Counted from the first letter of the stretch, positions 10,155 through 19,278 are shown. The stretch is DNA of 64,000 nucleotides from an uncultured delta proteobacterium (GCA_963808235.1 CAWEEQ010000001.1:192001-256000); one strand, 5' to 3'. Notes: generated from the letters alone by a model not told the origin. Translations and numbers: made by a program.

Positions 10155-11987
10155 ATGCGAGTGCTCGGCATCTCCGCGTTCTACCACGACAGCGCCGCGG
10201 CGCTGATCGACGAGGGCCGAATTATGTGCGCGGCGCAGGAAGAGCGCTTCACGCGCAAGAAGCACGACTCACGGTTCCCGCTGCACGCGATCGAATTCTG
10301 CCTCAAGCACTCAGGACACTCACTGCGCGAGATTGACTATGTAGTCTTCTATGACAAGCCGTTGCTGAAGTTCGAGCGCCTGCTCGAGACCTACCTGGCA
10401 TTCGCGCCCCGTGGATTCACATCGTTTCGTACTTCAATGCCGGTCTGGCTGCGCGAGAAGCTCTTTCAAAAGCGCGTATTGCGTCGCGCTCTGGTGGAGT
10501 TGAACGGCGGAATCGAGTTGGGTGACCGCTTACTGTTCGCCGAGCATCATCAGAGCCATGCAGCGTCGGCGTTCTTTGCATCGCCCTTCAAGCAGGCGGT
10601 GATACTCACTCTCGACGGAGTGGGCGAATGGGCAACCACTTCGGCAAGCCTGGGTAACGACACGCGGCTCGAGATGATTAAGGAGATACACTTTCCGCAT
10701 TCACTCGGGCTGCTCTATTCCGCATTCACGCATTACGCGGGTTTCAAGGTCAATTCGGGCGAGTACAAATTGATGGGTCTGGCGCCCTACGGCTCACCGC
10801 GCTTTCGCGACTTGATCCTCGACAACCTGATTGACTTGAAAGCGGACGGCTCATTCCGTTTGGACCTCAGCTACTTTGACTATTGTGTAGGGCTGCGAAT
10901 GACCAGCGCGAAGTTCGAGCAGTTGTTCGGCGGGCCGGCCCGAAAACCCGAATCTCAGATTACCCAGCGCGACATGGATCTGGCGGCTTCGATCCAGTCG
11001 GTGACCGAGGAAGTGATACTCAGGCTTACGCGTGCGCTCGCCGCCGAAACCGGATTCAGGAATCTCTGTCTCGCAGGAGGCGTGGCGCTCAATTGCGTTG
11101 CCAACGGCAAGGTCTGGCGCGATCGGCGGTTTGAAAATATCTGGATTCAGCCCGCCGCTGGAGACGCGGGTGGCGCGCTTGGAGCCGCGCTCGCCGCTTA
11201 CCATCAGTTCTTGAAGCAGCCACGTCGAAATGAGGGTCAAGACCTGATGCTCGGATCATACTTAGGGCCTATGTTCTCGCAGAAGGAGATCGAGAGTCGT
11301 CTGGCGGCGGCCGGTGCCCGGTTCGAGGTCTGCGATGACGAGACTCTATTGAGAGCGAGCGCGGACGCGTTGGCCGCCGGCAAAGCTCTCGGCTGGTTCC
11401 AGGGACGGATGGAATTCGGGCAGCGCGCACTCGGCGCTCGTTCGATCCTTGCCGACCCCCGCAGTCCAGCCGCGCAACGAACGCTCAATCAGACGGTAAA
11501 ATTCCGCGAGTCGTTTCGCCCGTTTGCGCCGTCGGTGTTGCGTGAGGATTTGCAGGATTGGTTCGACCTTGATCGCGACAGTCCCTATATGATGTTGGTC
11601 GCCGACGTGAAGAAAGAACGCCGGCGAGTACTCACCGCTGAAGAACGATCGCAACTCGGGATCGAGCGGCTGAACATCGTAAGGTCGGAGATTCCGGCGG
11701 TTACGCACGTAGACTATTCGGCTCGTGTACAGACGGTGCATCGCGAAACCAACCCACGCTACCATGCGTTGCTGCGCGCCTTCAGACAACGCACAGGATG
11801 CCCCGTCCTGGTCAACACCAGCTTCAACGTGCGAGGCGAACCCATAGTATGTACGCCGGATGACGCGTGGCGATGCTTCATGGGAACCGCGATCGATTCG
11901 TTGGCGATCGGCAATTGCTTCCTCGACAAAGCGCACCAAGACTCCACTGCCCTGCGAAAATACGCGGCCACCGTCGAACGCGACTGA
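10155..11987 (+). CDS. O-carbamoyltransferase (NodU/CmcH/SxtI family)
   Basis: LGISAFYHDSAA, QEERFTRKKHD, EHHQSHAAS, DGVGE, GEYKLMGLAPYG, AGGVALNC, KFRESFRPFAP, NTSFN. Confidence 0.95.
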   Translation: MRVLGISAFYHDSAAALIDEGRIMCAAQEERFTRKKHDSRFPLHAIEFCLKHSGHSLREIDYVVFYDKPLLKFERLLETYLAFAPRGFTSFRTSMPVWLREKLFQKRVLRRALVELNGGIELGDRLLFAEHHQSHAASAFFASPFKQAVILTLDGVGEWATTSASLGNDTRLEMIKEIHFPHSLGLLYSAFTHYAGFKVNSGEYKLMGLAPYGSPRFRDLILDNLIDLKADGSFRLDLSYFDYCVGLRMTSAKFEQLFGGPARKPESQITQRDMDLAASIQSVTEEVILRLTRALAAETGFRNLCLAGGVALNCVANGKVWRDRRFENIWIQPAAGDAGGALGAALAAYHQFLKQPRRNEGQDLMLGSYLGPMFSQKEIESRLAAAGARFEVCDDETLLRASADALAAGKALGWFQGRMEFGQRALGARSILADPRSPAAQRTLNQTVKFRESFRPFAPSVLREDLQDWFDLDRDSPYMMLVADVKKERRRVLTAEERSQLGIERLNIVRSEIPAVTHVDYSARVQTVHRETNPRYHALLRAFRQRTGCPVLVNTSFNVRGEPIVCTPDDAWRCFMGTAIDSLAIGNCFLDKAHQDSTALRKYAATVERD

Positions 11988-12039
11988 TCACTACTACATG
12001 GAGCAGATTTGGGACGGCTGCAACTGAAGCTGCGAGGAG

Positions 12040-13260
12040 TCAGACACTGATGGTGGTTCGCCGATAGTAGTGCTGCAGGATTTCTGTGTAGGTCTTGCCG
12101 TCGTTTGCCATGACTGCCGCGCCGATCTGGCATAGGCCGACCCCGTGTCCCCAACCTGCTCCTCTTATAACAAACTGGCCGCCTTCCTTGTCGACGACGA
12201 ATGCAGAGCTGTACAGATGCGTGCGCGACAAGGCGCGGCGAATTTCCAGTTCCTTGCCGATGACGACGTAGTCGCGTTCTCCGGTGATCTTCAGCCGATA
12301 AATTCGGCCTGACGGTCCGCGGCCAAGGGCTTCCATGTCGCGAATCGGACCAAGGTCCGCGCCGAGTCTCGTAGTGATCAGATCGGCGAGTTCTTCGGGT
12401 GTGTATGCGACCCGCCAGCGATAGAAATCTCGGGTCTCCTGATCGAATCCAGGCAGAACGCGTGAGAGAAGCTGCGAATCGTCCGTATTGCAGTAAGCCG
12501 GGGGAGCGGAACGTATCCATGTCTCAAGACTGTGAGAGTTGGATTGCGCGGGACCGTCGTAGGTTGATTCAAGATAGGGAATGTCTTCATCTTCCCAGGC
12601 GGTCGCATAGCGCTCGGTTATTCCGCCGCAGCATTTGGAGAATCGCGCGTCGCAGATAGCGCCGTTGTAGCGGAGAAACTCGCCCGCCGTCGCGCGAACC
12701 GCTTCGGCTGCAGCCGGAGAGAATGCCTTCGTGATGCCTTGATAGCGTTGGCAGTGGTCATCGGCACAGACGTTGAAATCCGGATGCGCTTCGCGGCCGT
12801 ACCATCGAAGGATTTCGTGAGAATCGAGTCCCTCGCGCAGCGCCCTCGCGGATGGAGAGGGACTCGCCTTCGGAGACCACAGCCAGCTGCGCGAAATGAC
12901 AGCGTGAGCTTTCAGAAGTTCGAGCGGACAGCTTGCGCTCATCTCGGATGAAATCACGCTCGTGACGTACTCCTCGAGCGGAACATCATTGATCAGCGTC
13001 AGCCCGGCTTCACGTCTGATGAGGCGAAAGGCGCCGCGAAATACCTGGCGCTCCTTGCGCTCCCAATGAAATCCGATTCCGATCGTGATGTCGTTCACCG
13101 CGAACGCGCACGATGCCGGCTTCGACGGAGTAAGCGTAAGTTCAGAAGTAAATCTGTGGCGTCCGGCAATGTACGGCTTGCCGTGAGTATCGGTAAACGT
13201 ACCCGTCAATTCGACTTCGACGGCGGATCGCCCTTCAATCAGACCCACCGATACGTTCAT
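12040..13260 (-). CDS. SpoIID/LytB-domain lytic transglycosylase-like protein, no signal peptide
   Basis: INDVPLEEYVTSVISSEM (catalytic Glu), LKAHAVISRS, CADDHCQRYQG, GAGWGHGVGLCQIGA, ILQHYY. Alternative start at 13275. Confidence 0.92.
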   Translation of the reverse strand: MNVSVGLIEGRSAVEVELTGTFTDTHGKPYIAGRHRFTSELTLTPSKPASCAFAVNDITIGIGFHWERKERQVFRGAFRLIRREAGLTLINDVPLEEYVTSVISSEMSASCPLELLKAHAVISRSWLWSPKASPSPSARALREGLDSHEILRWYGREAHPDFNVCADDHCQRYQGITKAFSPAAAEAVRATAGEFLRYNGAICDARFSKCCGGITERYATAWEDEDIPYLESTYDGPAQSNSHSLETWIRSAPPAYCNTDDSQLLSRVLPGFDQETRDFYRWRVAYTPEELADLITTRLGADLGPIRDMEALGRGPSGRIYRLKITGERDYVVIGKELEIRRALSRTHLYSSAFVVDKEGGQFVIRGAGWGHGVGLCQIGAAVMANDGKTYTEILQHYYRRTTISV

Positions 13261-13271
13261 TGCCGATACGT

Positions 13272-14165
13272 TCAACGCGCACTCTCCAGCTTGCCGGCGA
13301 CTTCCTGAAACTGATCGTCAGGCAAAGTGACTTCGCGAAAAATTGCGGCGATGAGGTCACCGGTGATTCTTTCGAAATCCCGTGCGAGCGGCACTACAAA
13401 TATTCCGCACAAATCAATCGATGCCGGACTGACCGTCAGTTCGCCGGTGTGAAAGACCTCTGGCCGATGCTTTCCTCGCGGGAACAGATACGCGACCCAT
13501 TCCCCTCGCTCATGAAAGACCGCGATGTTGACCATCGGTTCCGGCCGTTTGCCCGTAGTTTCCCCGAGCAGTTCGATGGCGCGATCCATTCGATCGATCA
13601 AGTCAGATCGATCCCATCCACGAAGTATGAACACATTTCTTGCGTAGGTCGGCACGGTAACACCAGTCAGCCCGGCGGTGTCCTTCTCAATCGGAAACAA
13701 CGCTCGCGAGCCTGCCTGAAAGTGCATATGGTCTGGCGCCGATGCTCCGCATTCCGGACCGTTGTAGACGACGAAATATCCATCGAGGGCCGCCGCGATG
13801 TCGAGCATATTTCCGAACTGGTTCGCGATCCGCTGCGAGCCGTGTTCTCGGTGCGCGATCGTCAGGTGATGGTCCACGATGGGAAACGGATTGCAGTAGA
13901 TCGTAAAGTCCTCGTCGAACCGCAGACCTTCTTCCTCCGAAGGCAGATTCCCCGCGCACAGGAAGCAGGGACGTTTCGCGACCGACTCGCGGTCCACCGA
14001 CGCCGTTGTGCTACCCATCCGATGCGGAATGTGACGGATGAATACGTCGAACCAATCGATCCGCAGCGGCCGTGTCGTCGCTCGCGCGAGGCCTTCAACC
14101 CCTTTCGCGAGCTGCGGCCATGCCCGCTCCTGCCGTCCGAACAGTTCTTCTATTTTGTGGATCAC
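13272..14165 (-). CDS. DUF4922 protein (HIT/GalT-like nucleotidyltransferase or phosphorylase)
   Basis: RPCFLC, NPFPI..HLTI, YNGPECGASAPDHMHFQAG (HxHxQ), PRGKHRP, VSPASIDL. Confidence 0.85.
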   Translation of the reverse strand: MIHKIEELFGRQERAWPQLAKGVEGLARATTRPLRIDWFDVFIRHIPHRMGSTTASVDRESVAKRPCFLCAGNLPSEEEGLRFDEDFTIYCNPFPIVDHHLTIAHREHGSQRIANQFGNMLDIAAALDGYFVVYNGPECGASAPDHMHFQAGSRALFPIEKDTAGLTGVTVPTYARNVFILRGWDRSDLIDRMDRAIELLGETTGKRPEPMVNIAVFHERGEWVAYLFPRGKHRPEVFHTGELTVSPASIDLCGIFVVPLARDFERITGDLIAAIFREVTLPDDQFQEVAGKLESAR

Positions 14166-15436
14166 CGCCGCATCCGAGCCTGAATCTCGATAGTTCGGAG
14201 CCAGTCCTTGTACGAATCGTATCGATTCGCAACCTCGAGCGGCAGGGCGCTGTCGCTATTGCCTTCCCATCGGCGGCAAAGATAAACCGACTCGTAGATC
14301 CGGCCGATCTCATAGTCACGGCTGATGCGCAACGCTACAGTGTAATCCTCGCCGTAGCTGACATTCGGAAATCCTATACGGCGCAGAACCGAAGTGTTGA
14401 ATGCGCGCGGCGCGCCGAGACCATTGACGCGAAGCGCATTGTTTCTTCCGTTCTCACGACTCCACTCGCGATGATCGATTAGACCGGGCGGAATCTCCTT
14501 TAGCGAAAAGTCGACCATCGTATAGGAGCCTATGACCATCGCATAAGGTCCAGCGTCAAGTTCCGCGACAATCCGGCGAAGAACGCCGTCATCGATGTAC
14601 AAGTCGTCAGAATCAAGCTGGATGGCGTATTGTCCGCAGTGCCTTGAGTATATCGCCTCGTTCCAGCATCCACCGATTCCAAGGTCCGTGCGTTCGGGCA
14701 CGATGTGCTTAACGCGCGAATCGCTGACACCGCGCAGGATTTCCGTCGTCCGATCGATCGAATGGTTATCGACGACGATCACGTTGAAATCGAAATCAGC
14801 GCTCTGGACCAGCGCACTTTGAACGGCTTCCAGAATTGTCCTCTCGCGATTCCGAACCGGGATGACGACGCTTGCTTTTACCGGAAATGCTTCCGCGGCC
14901 GCAGGAACGATCTCGAAGTGCGGAGGCAACCAGGCGCCGATTCGTTTGAGGTGCGCCGTAGCGATGCGCTCCATCTCAATCTGGTAGTCACGATTGCGCG
15001 GATCCACATAGTCGAATTGCTTTTGACTCGTCGGTCGCGCATCGGTCATCGACGCGCTGTACAACGGTTCCGGAATCCGCACGATTGGATGTTTTTCCGA
15101 GATCCTCAACCGCAGGTCGTACAAGGCTCCCCATTTCCAGGTGCTTTCGATTCCCGCCTCGCGCGCAGCCTGAACCGACACGCCAACTACCGGGCCAAAG
15201 TCGAAGCCGTCGCGGATGCTCCCGCTCTGATAGTCGATACGAGGATGTCCCGCCGCGTCGGCATAAGCCCAGCCGGCGCCCGTTTCACGCATGACCTGCG
15301 TCATTCGATCGAACATGCGCGGGCCGGGGTCGATATTCACGCGCGGATCGCCGAGAAAGAGAAGATCGGAATCGGCGCGGTCGACGAGTAGTTTAATACT
15401 CGCGGACGAGTAGTCATTTGGATAAACGATGTTCAC
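14162..15436 (-). CDS. GT2-family glycosyltransferase
   Basis: SVVIPVRNRE, VVDNHSID, GIGGCWN, QLDSDD, YGEDY; N-terminal GSIRDGFDFG and QFDYVDPRNR motifs typical of DUF4922-linked GT2s. Confidence 0.9.
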   Translation of the reverse strand: MNIVYPNDYSSASIKLLVDRADSDLLFLGDPRVNIDPGPRMFDRMTQVMRETGAGWAYADAAGHPRIDYQSGSIRDGFDFGPVVGVSVQAAREAGIESTWKWGALYDLRLRISEKHPIVRIPEPLYSASMTDARPTSQKQFDYVDPRNRDYQIEMERIATAHLKRIGAWLPPHFEIVPAAAEAFPVKASVVIPVRNRERTILEAVQSALVQSADFDFNVIVVDNHSIDRTTEILRGVSDSRVKHIVPERTDLGIGGCWNEAIYSRHCGQYAIQLDSDDLYIDDGVLRRIVAELDAGPYAMVIGSYTMVDFSLKEIPPGLIDHREWSRENGRNNALRVNGLGAPRAFNTSVLRRIGFPNVSYGEDYTVALRISRDYEIGRIYESVYLCRRWEGNSDSALPLEVANRYDSYKDWLRTIEIQARMRR

Positions 15437-15456
15437 GCGCCACCCCGCCCATCATC

Positions 15457-16188
15457 TTAGCTGCGAACCGCATTGCGCCGCGTCAGCGGCTGCGGCCGCA
15501 TGACAATGACGCCAGCCATCCGATTTTCCTTGAGAAACTCGCTCAATTCCTGTTCCACGACCGAGCCCTGGCTGCGCGACGCATGCCGCATCGACACTCT
15601 CTTGCTATCGCGCACGATGATTCCAGCATGAAACACATCGAGATTCTTGCGTGTCGACGCAAAAAAAATCAGATCGCCGCTCTGCAAATATCGTTCGAGC
15701 CTTGGCACCGCCGCCTTTGGTACACATTTTACGCTAGTCCGGAGCGGATCGAGCCCGGCCACAACATTCAGAATCCGTTCCCTGCTGATTGTCGGGACCG
15801 ACGGCATTGAAACCGGCTTGATTATTCCTGCGCGTACATTGTTGTGAATCCAGCGCGTCATATAATGATTGCGCCGTTCCCATTGAATGCGGCCTTGTTC
15901 ATACCGAATCTTTCGCAGCCACTCGGCGAAGTCATCTACATTAGAAGCGCGCGCGAGCGCCACAACTGTCTCGATGTAGGTGACACAGTCGAAACCATCG
16001 AGGGAACTCGTGAACACTTCAGGCGTCTCGGCGGATCCAATCAGCGGATTTGGTTGGTAGTGATGTCCAAGGAAGCGGCGAGAGAGAACCTCAACTCGGC
16101 TACCGGCAGAATCGACATTCTTCGCTTCCGATAGAAGCTGTTCCACGCGCCAACGGCTGAGACCTCGTGGTTGCGGATGCTTCGTCAA
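15457..16188 (-). CDS. DUF1460 / AmiA-like NlpC/P60-superfamily amidase
   Basis: FLG..Y...PL, FDCVTYIETV (catalytic Cys), RRNHY, LDVFHAG (His), HAS. Likely TTG start at 16188. Confidence 0.85.
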   Translation of the reverse strand: MTKHPQPRGLSRWRVEQLLSEAKNVDSAGSRVEVLSRRFLGHHYQPNPLIGSAETPEVFTSSLDGFDCVTYIETVVALARASNVDDFAEWLRKIRYEQGRIQWERRNHYMTRWIHNNVRAGIIKPVSMPSVPTISRERILNVVAGLDPLRTSVKCVPKAAVPRLERYLQSGDLIFFASTRKNLDVFHAGIIVRDSKRVSMRHASRSQGSVVEQELSEFLKENRMAGVIVMRPQPLTRRNAVRS

Positions 16189-16198
16189 ATGCTGAGAC

Positions 16199-16768
16199 CT
16201 AATCTGGGCCCGGTGGCTGAAGCAGCAGGGCGAATCCATCGGCGTTATGAAAATCTGGTTTGTCGGCCGGATGGCGAAGCGCCCAGTACGAGAGCCCATC
16301 TCTCGTCTCGATAACCGCCGAGAGCCCGATACGGAGCACAGCACGTGGGTGGATGGCAGACAGACGATCGAGCCTAACGAGGGCGTCGAGCTCAAGCTGG
16401 CTGCCGGTTGAGCGCAACGCAATCTGCGGGCGCATCTTTTCACTCAGAACAGGACCGCCGTTGCGATAGTCGCGAAACGCGTAGACGGTCCACTCTCCCG
16501 ACGGCGCGAAGTTGAATTCGTGATACGCCGGCTGCCCTTCGAGCGCGATGAAGGCCTCGAAACAGGTGTGGCGCCAGAGTTCCGTCGCGCCCGGCGGAGA
16601 GATCGAGATTCGCGGAATATCTCCATCGAGGCGGAAGGTCATCTGGAGTTCAGCGCTCGCGGAACGGCGTACGAGCACCCCGATGGTGCGCACCGCCCGA
16701 GCGCGTGTCGACGGATGGCACCTGAGCTCGATCCAGTGTTCGACGGTCATGACAGGCTCGCCGGCCAA
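16199..16768 (-). CDS. DOMON-like domain protein
   Basis: LWRHTCFEAF, YHEFNFAPSGEW..Y.F..YR, GLSAVIE, SYWAL.H...PDFH. Confidence 0.8.
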   Translation of the reverse strand: MAGEPVMTVEHWIELRCHPSTRARAVRTIGVLVRRSASAELQMTFRLDGDIPRISISPPGATELWRHTCFEAFIALEGQPAYHEFNFAPSGEWTVYAFRDYRNGGPVLSEKMRPQIALRSTGSQLELDALVRLDRLSAIHPRAVLRIGLSAVIETRDGLSYWALRHPADKPDFHNADGFALLLQPPGPD

Positions 16769-16855
16769 GCTGCTCCCATTGGTCGAAGATACCGGCGAAA
16801 GGCGCGGTCGTCGAGTTGCTTGCGTCGTCGCTCGGAAAGTTACGACATGCCGCCT

Positions 16856-16880
16856 GTAACAATCGCAATGGCGTTCAGAA
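16856..16880 (+). promoter_or_regulatory. Candidate SigF/ECF16-type promoter (autoregulation of the ECF pair)
   Basis: GTAACA-N15-AGAA upstream of the ECF sigma gene. Confidence 0.35.
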
Positions 16881-17064
16881 GTAAGTTATGCGCGCGAGCG
16901 TCTTCAAGATGGCAGATCGCCGATATTTAAATGGACTCCCTCTGGAGTATTCCTTGTCTGGCGCAGTCCCCCTCAATCCGATATGCGATACGTCTTGGGC
17001 TATTCCGTGGGCGCGATGCCCCCAGCGGTCGACGTTCGTGACCAGGAAAATAGACAGCATCGCT

Positions 17065-17589
17065 ATGGAGCGAAGCCGCAGGCGGGCCGAGATGATGGCC
17101 CGCGTGCAGGACGGCGACAGCGAGTCTTGCCGGGCGCTGCTGGACGATATTGGTCCAATTCTGACGAACTTTTTGCGCCGCCGGATTGCAGATCGTAACG
17201 AGCTCGAGGACGTTTACCAGGACACTCTGATGGCGTTTTTCGAGGCGCGGCACACCTATCAACCGTCGCGCCCGCTGGAGCCGTGGCTGTTCGCGATCGC
17301 GCGAAACGTTGCCGCGGATCATGCACGTCACTACTGGACGCGCGCTCGAGTCGAACAGCTGACCGACGAGATGCCTGAACGGACCGCGTCCGAAGAGCCG
17401 CGATCGGATCCTAGCCTGCAAGACGCGATGGTTAAGCTGCCTGATCAGCAACGTGAGGCATTTTCGATGCTGAAACTGGAAGGCCTGTCGATCGAGCAAG
17501 CGGCTCAGCGCACCGGAATCAGCGTCGGAGCGCTAAGGGTCAGAGCGCATCGGGCGTACAAGACATTGAGGAAATTGATCGGTGAGTGA
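17065..17589 (+). CDS. ECF sigma factor (SigF/ECF16-like)
   Basis: EDVYQDT, HTYQPSRPLEPWLFAIARN (region 2), region 4 HTH, VRAHRAYK; adjacent to an NrsF-like gene. Start uncertain (GTG 17038 or ATG 17065). Confidence 0.9.
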   Translation: MERSRRRAEMMARVQDGDSESCRALLDDIGPILTNFLRRRIADRNELEDVYQDTLMAFFEARHTYQPSRPLEPWLFAIARNVAADHARHYWTRARVEQLTDEMPERTASEEPRSDPSLQDAMVKLPDQQREAFSMLKLEGLSIEQAAQRTGISVGALRVRAHRAYKTLRKLIGE

Positions 17590-18271
17590 ATTGATGAATC
17601 GCTCCCCAGTGAGCCATGAAACGCTGCACCACGAGATGGTGGAGCGAATCGTCGCCGATCTGCGACCAGTCCGCCGGTTGTGGCCGACGAGCTTGAGGTT
17701 GGCGCTGTGGGTGGCACTTGAGATGGCGGTGCTGCTCCTGATTGTGGTTCATACGGGACGGGCGAATCTCATGCTGCGGCTTGCAGATCCCTGGTACCTG
17801 ATCGGTTTCGGAGGTTTTGCGGCCACTGGCGTGATCGGCGCCGCGTTTGCGCTGCGTTCAGCCGTGCCCGGCGATGAACCCCGACCGATCGGGCTCGGCC
17901 TGCTGCTCTCGGTTGCCGCGGCGTCTGCTTTGCTGCTGGTCCATCAGCCGTTCAACGGAGCGGTGCCTCTGCGCAATTTCATTGACCAGGGAATGCCCTG
18001 TGCGGTGGGGATCTTGATGCTGGCGGCCATTCCGTGGCTCGCATTGACGGTTGCAGTATGGCGCGGTGCGCCACTATCGGCAGGACGCGACGGAGCCTTG
18101 GTCGGTGCCGCGGCATTCTTGAGCAGTTTTGCCCTGATGCGAGTGAGATGCCCAATTGACGAAGGGATGCATCTGTTTGTCTGGCACTTTCTGCCTGCGC
18201 TGGCGGGAATCGCGCTCTCCGCTTCAGTCGGACTGTGGCTGTTCAAGAGACGGATCAGTCATCAGGGCTGA
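17582..18271 (+). CDS. nrsF: NrsF/DUF1109 anti-sigma factor
   Basis: DLRPVRR, about 6 TM segments, SAVPG, two conserved Cys (GMPC and RCPID...HLFVWH), RGAP. Confidence 0.85.
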   Translation: MSELMNRSPVSHETLHHEMVERIVADLRPVRRLWPTSLRLALWVALEMAVLLLIVVHTGRANLMLRLADPWYLIGFGGFAATGVIGAAFALRSAVPGDEPRPIGLGLLLSVAAASALLLVHQPFNGAVPLRNFIDQGMPCAVGILMLAAIPWLALTVAVWRGAPLSAGRDGALVGAAAFLSSFALMRVRCPIDEGMHLFVWHFLPALAGIALSASVGLWLFKRRISHQG

Positions 18272-18768
18272 GTCGCGGCTGCATCGGGGACGGCTGTAGG
18301 CGCATGAATCGCGGAGCGGATCAGGTAGTCCACGCTCACGACGCCGGGGCCCGAAACGAGCAGCCAGAAATAGGCTAGTGCGTACAACGGCTCGTCCAAC
18401 TCAACGAAGTCGTTGAGGCCAGTAACGCTCTTCATTTTCACCGTGATTATCGCCACGGCCATGTTGATCATCATTGGGACAGAAACGACGCGAGTACCAA
18501 GTCCGGCTACGGTGAGTGCTCCGCCGATGCATTCCGTGTACGCCGAGAGCGCGGCGTTGAAAGCCGGATGAGGGATGCCCCATTGCATGAAGTGCTGGGC
18601 AAAGGCGTCAAGGTTGTGCAACTTGGCCCATCCCGTCTCGAAGAAAAAGTATCCCACGAACAGCCGGACCATCAGCGGCGCCAGCCACTGGAATGATGAG
18701 AGCATTCGCAGGGTTTCATCCGCCGAAAGTGTTACCGATTTAAAAGTTACCGACTTAAAACCGACCAT
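18262..18768 (-). CDS. DoxX-family membrane protein (BufD-like)
   Basis: RLFVGYFFFETGWAKL, GIPHP, TECIGG...GLGTR, GPG..S.D; GAGG RBS before ATG 18768. Confidence 0.9.
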   Translation of the reverse strand: MVGFKSVTFKSVTLSADETLRMLSSFQWLAPLMVRLFVGYFFFETGWAKLHNLDAFAQHFMQWGIPHPAFNAALSAYTECIGGALTVAGLGTRVVSVPMMINMAVAIITVKMKSVTGLNDFVELDEPLYALAYFWLLVSGPGVVSVDYLIRSAIHAPTAVPDAAATQP

Positions 18769-18791
18769 CTGAATCAGCCTCTGACGGAAAC

Positions 18792-18875
18792 TACCTCGCG
18801 CCGCCCGAAAAGTTACGGCCTTCGGGCTCCGATTGGTACGAAACGGTGCTGTAACTTTTGAGCTCAATCCGGGAA
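18792..18875. promoter_or_regulatory. Back-to-back candidate SigF-type promoters for doxX (-) and bufA2-msrPQ (+)
   Basis: Inverted AAAAGTTAC (18808-18816) / GTAACTTTT (18851-18859). Plus strand GTAACT-N15-GGAA; minus strand GTAACT-N15-GGTA. Confidence 0.5.
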
Positions 18876-18983
18876 TACCACACCATTGGCCAGTTGAGAT
18901 GCATGCGGCCGCGGATCGAGCGGATCGCGCTGAAAGACCGGCCATTAAAAAACCCCTCCGCGATGCGGAACAGGAGATAACGA

Positions 18984-19265
18984 ATGAACAAGGGAACGAA
19001 GGGTGCAATTCTTGCCTCAGCAGTTGCGGCGCTGTTTTTTGCGTCGGCGGCAATGGCCCAGGACTCGGGAGCGGCTCCGTCGAGCGGCTCCGAGATGAAA
19101 GCCGCTAGCACGAAGTGCCTGGGCGCCAACTCCTGCAAGGGGCAGAGCTCCTGCAAGAGCGCGCAGAACGACTGCAAGGGTCAGAACGGCTGCAAGGGCA
19201 AGGGCTTTGTGATGACCTCGAGCCCGGACGAGTGCACGCAGAAGGGCGGGCATACCGCTTCGTAG
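18984..19265 (+). CDS. BufA2-like (bufferin family 2) Cys-rich exported precursor peptide
   Basis: AGGAG RBS, Sec signal ending AMA, core KCLGANSCKGQSSCKSAQNDCKGQNGCKGKGFV...ECTQKGG (6 Cys, CKG repeats). Confidence 0.85.
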   Translation: MNKGTKGAILASAVAALFFASAAMAQDSGAAPSSGSEMKAASTKCLGANSCKGQSSCKSAQNDCKGQNGCKGKGFVMTSSPDECTQKGGHTAS

Positions 19266-19278
19266 GAATCCGTATCGC

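Noticed and set aside
9549-11987. sxtI/J/K-like genes as a saxitoxin cluster
   Set aside because: No sxtA, sxtG or other core genes; the context is glycan modification.
1548-11987. True Nod-factor cluster
   Set aside because: No NodA, NodB or processive NodC; only tailoring-family analogies.
16819-16843. Minus-strand GTAACT as a SigF promoter for the DOMON operon
   Set aside because: The -10 element (CAAG) does not match the other copies.
19120-19205. Repeated TGCAAG(GG) units as a CRISPR-like or tandem DNA repeat
   Set aside because: They are the CK(G) codons of the BufA2-like peptide; there is no repeat-spacer structure.
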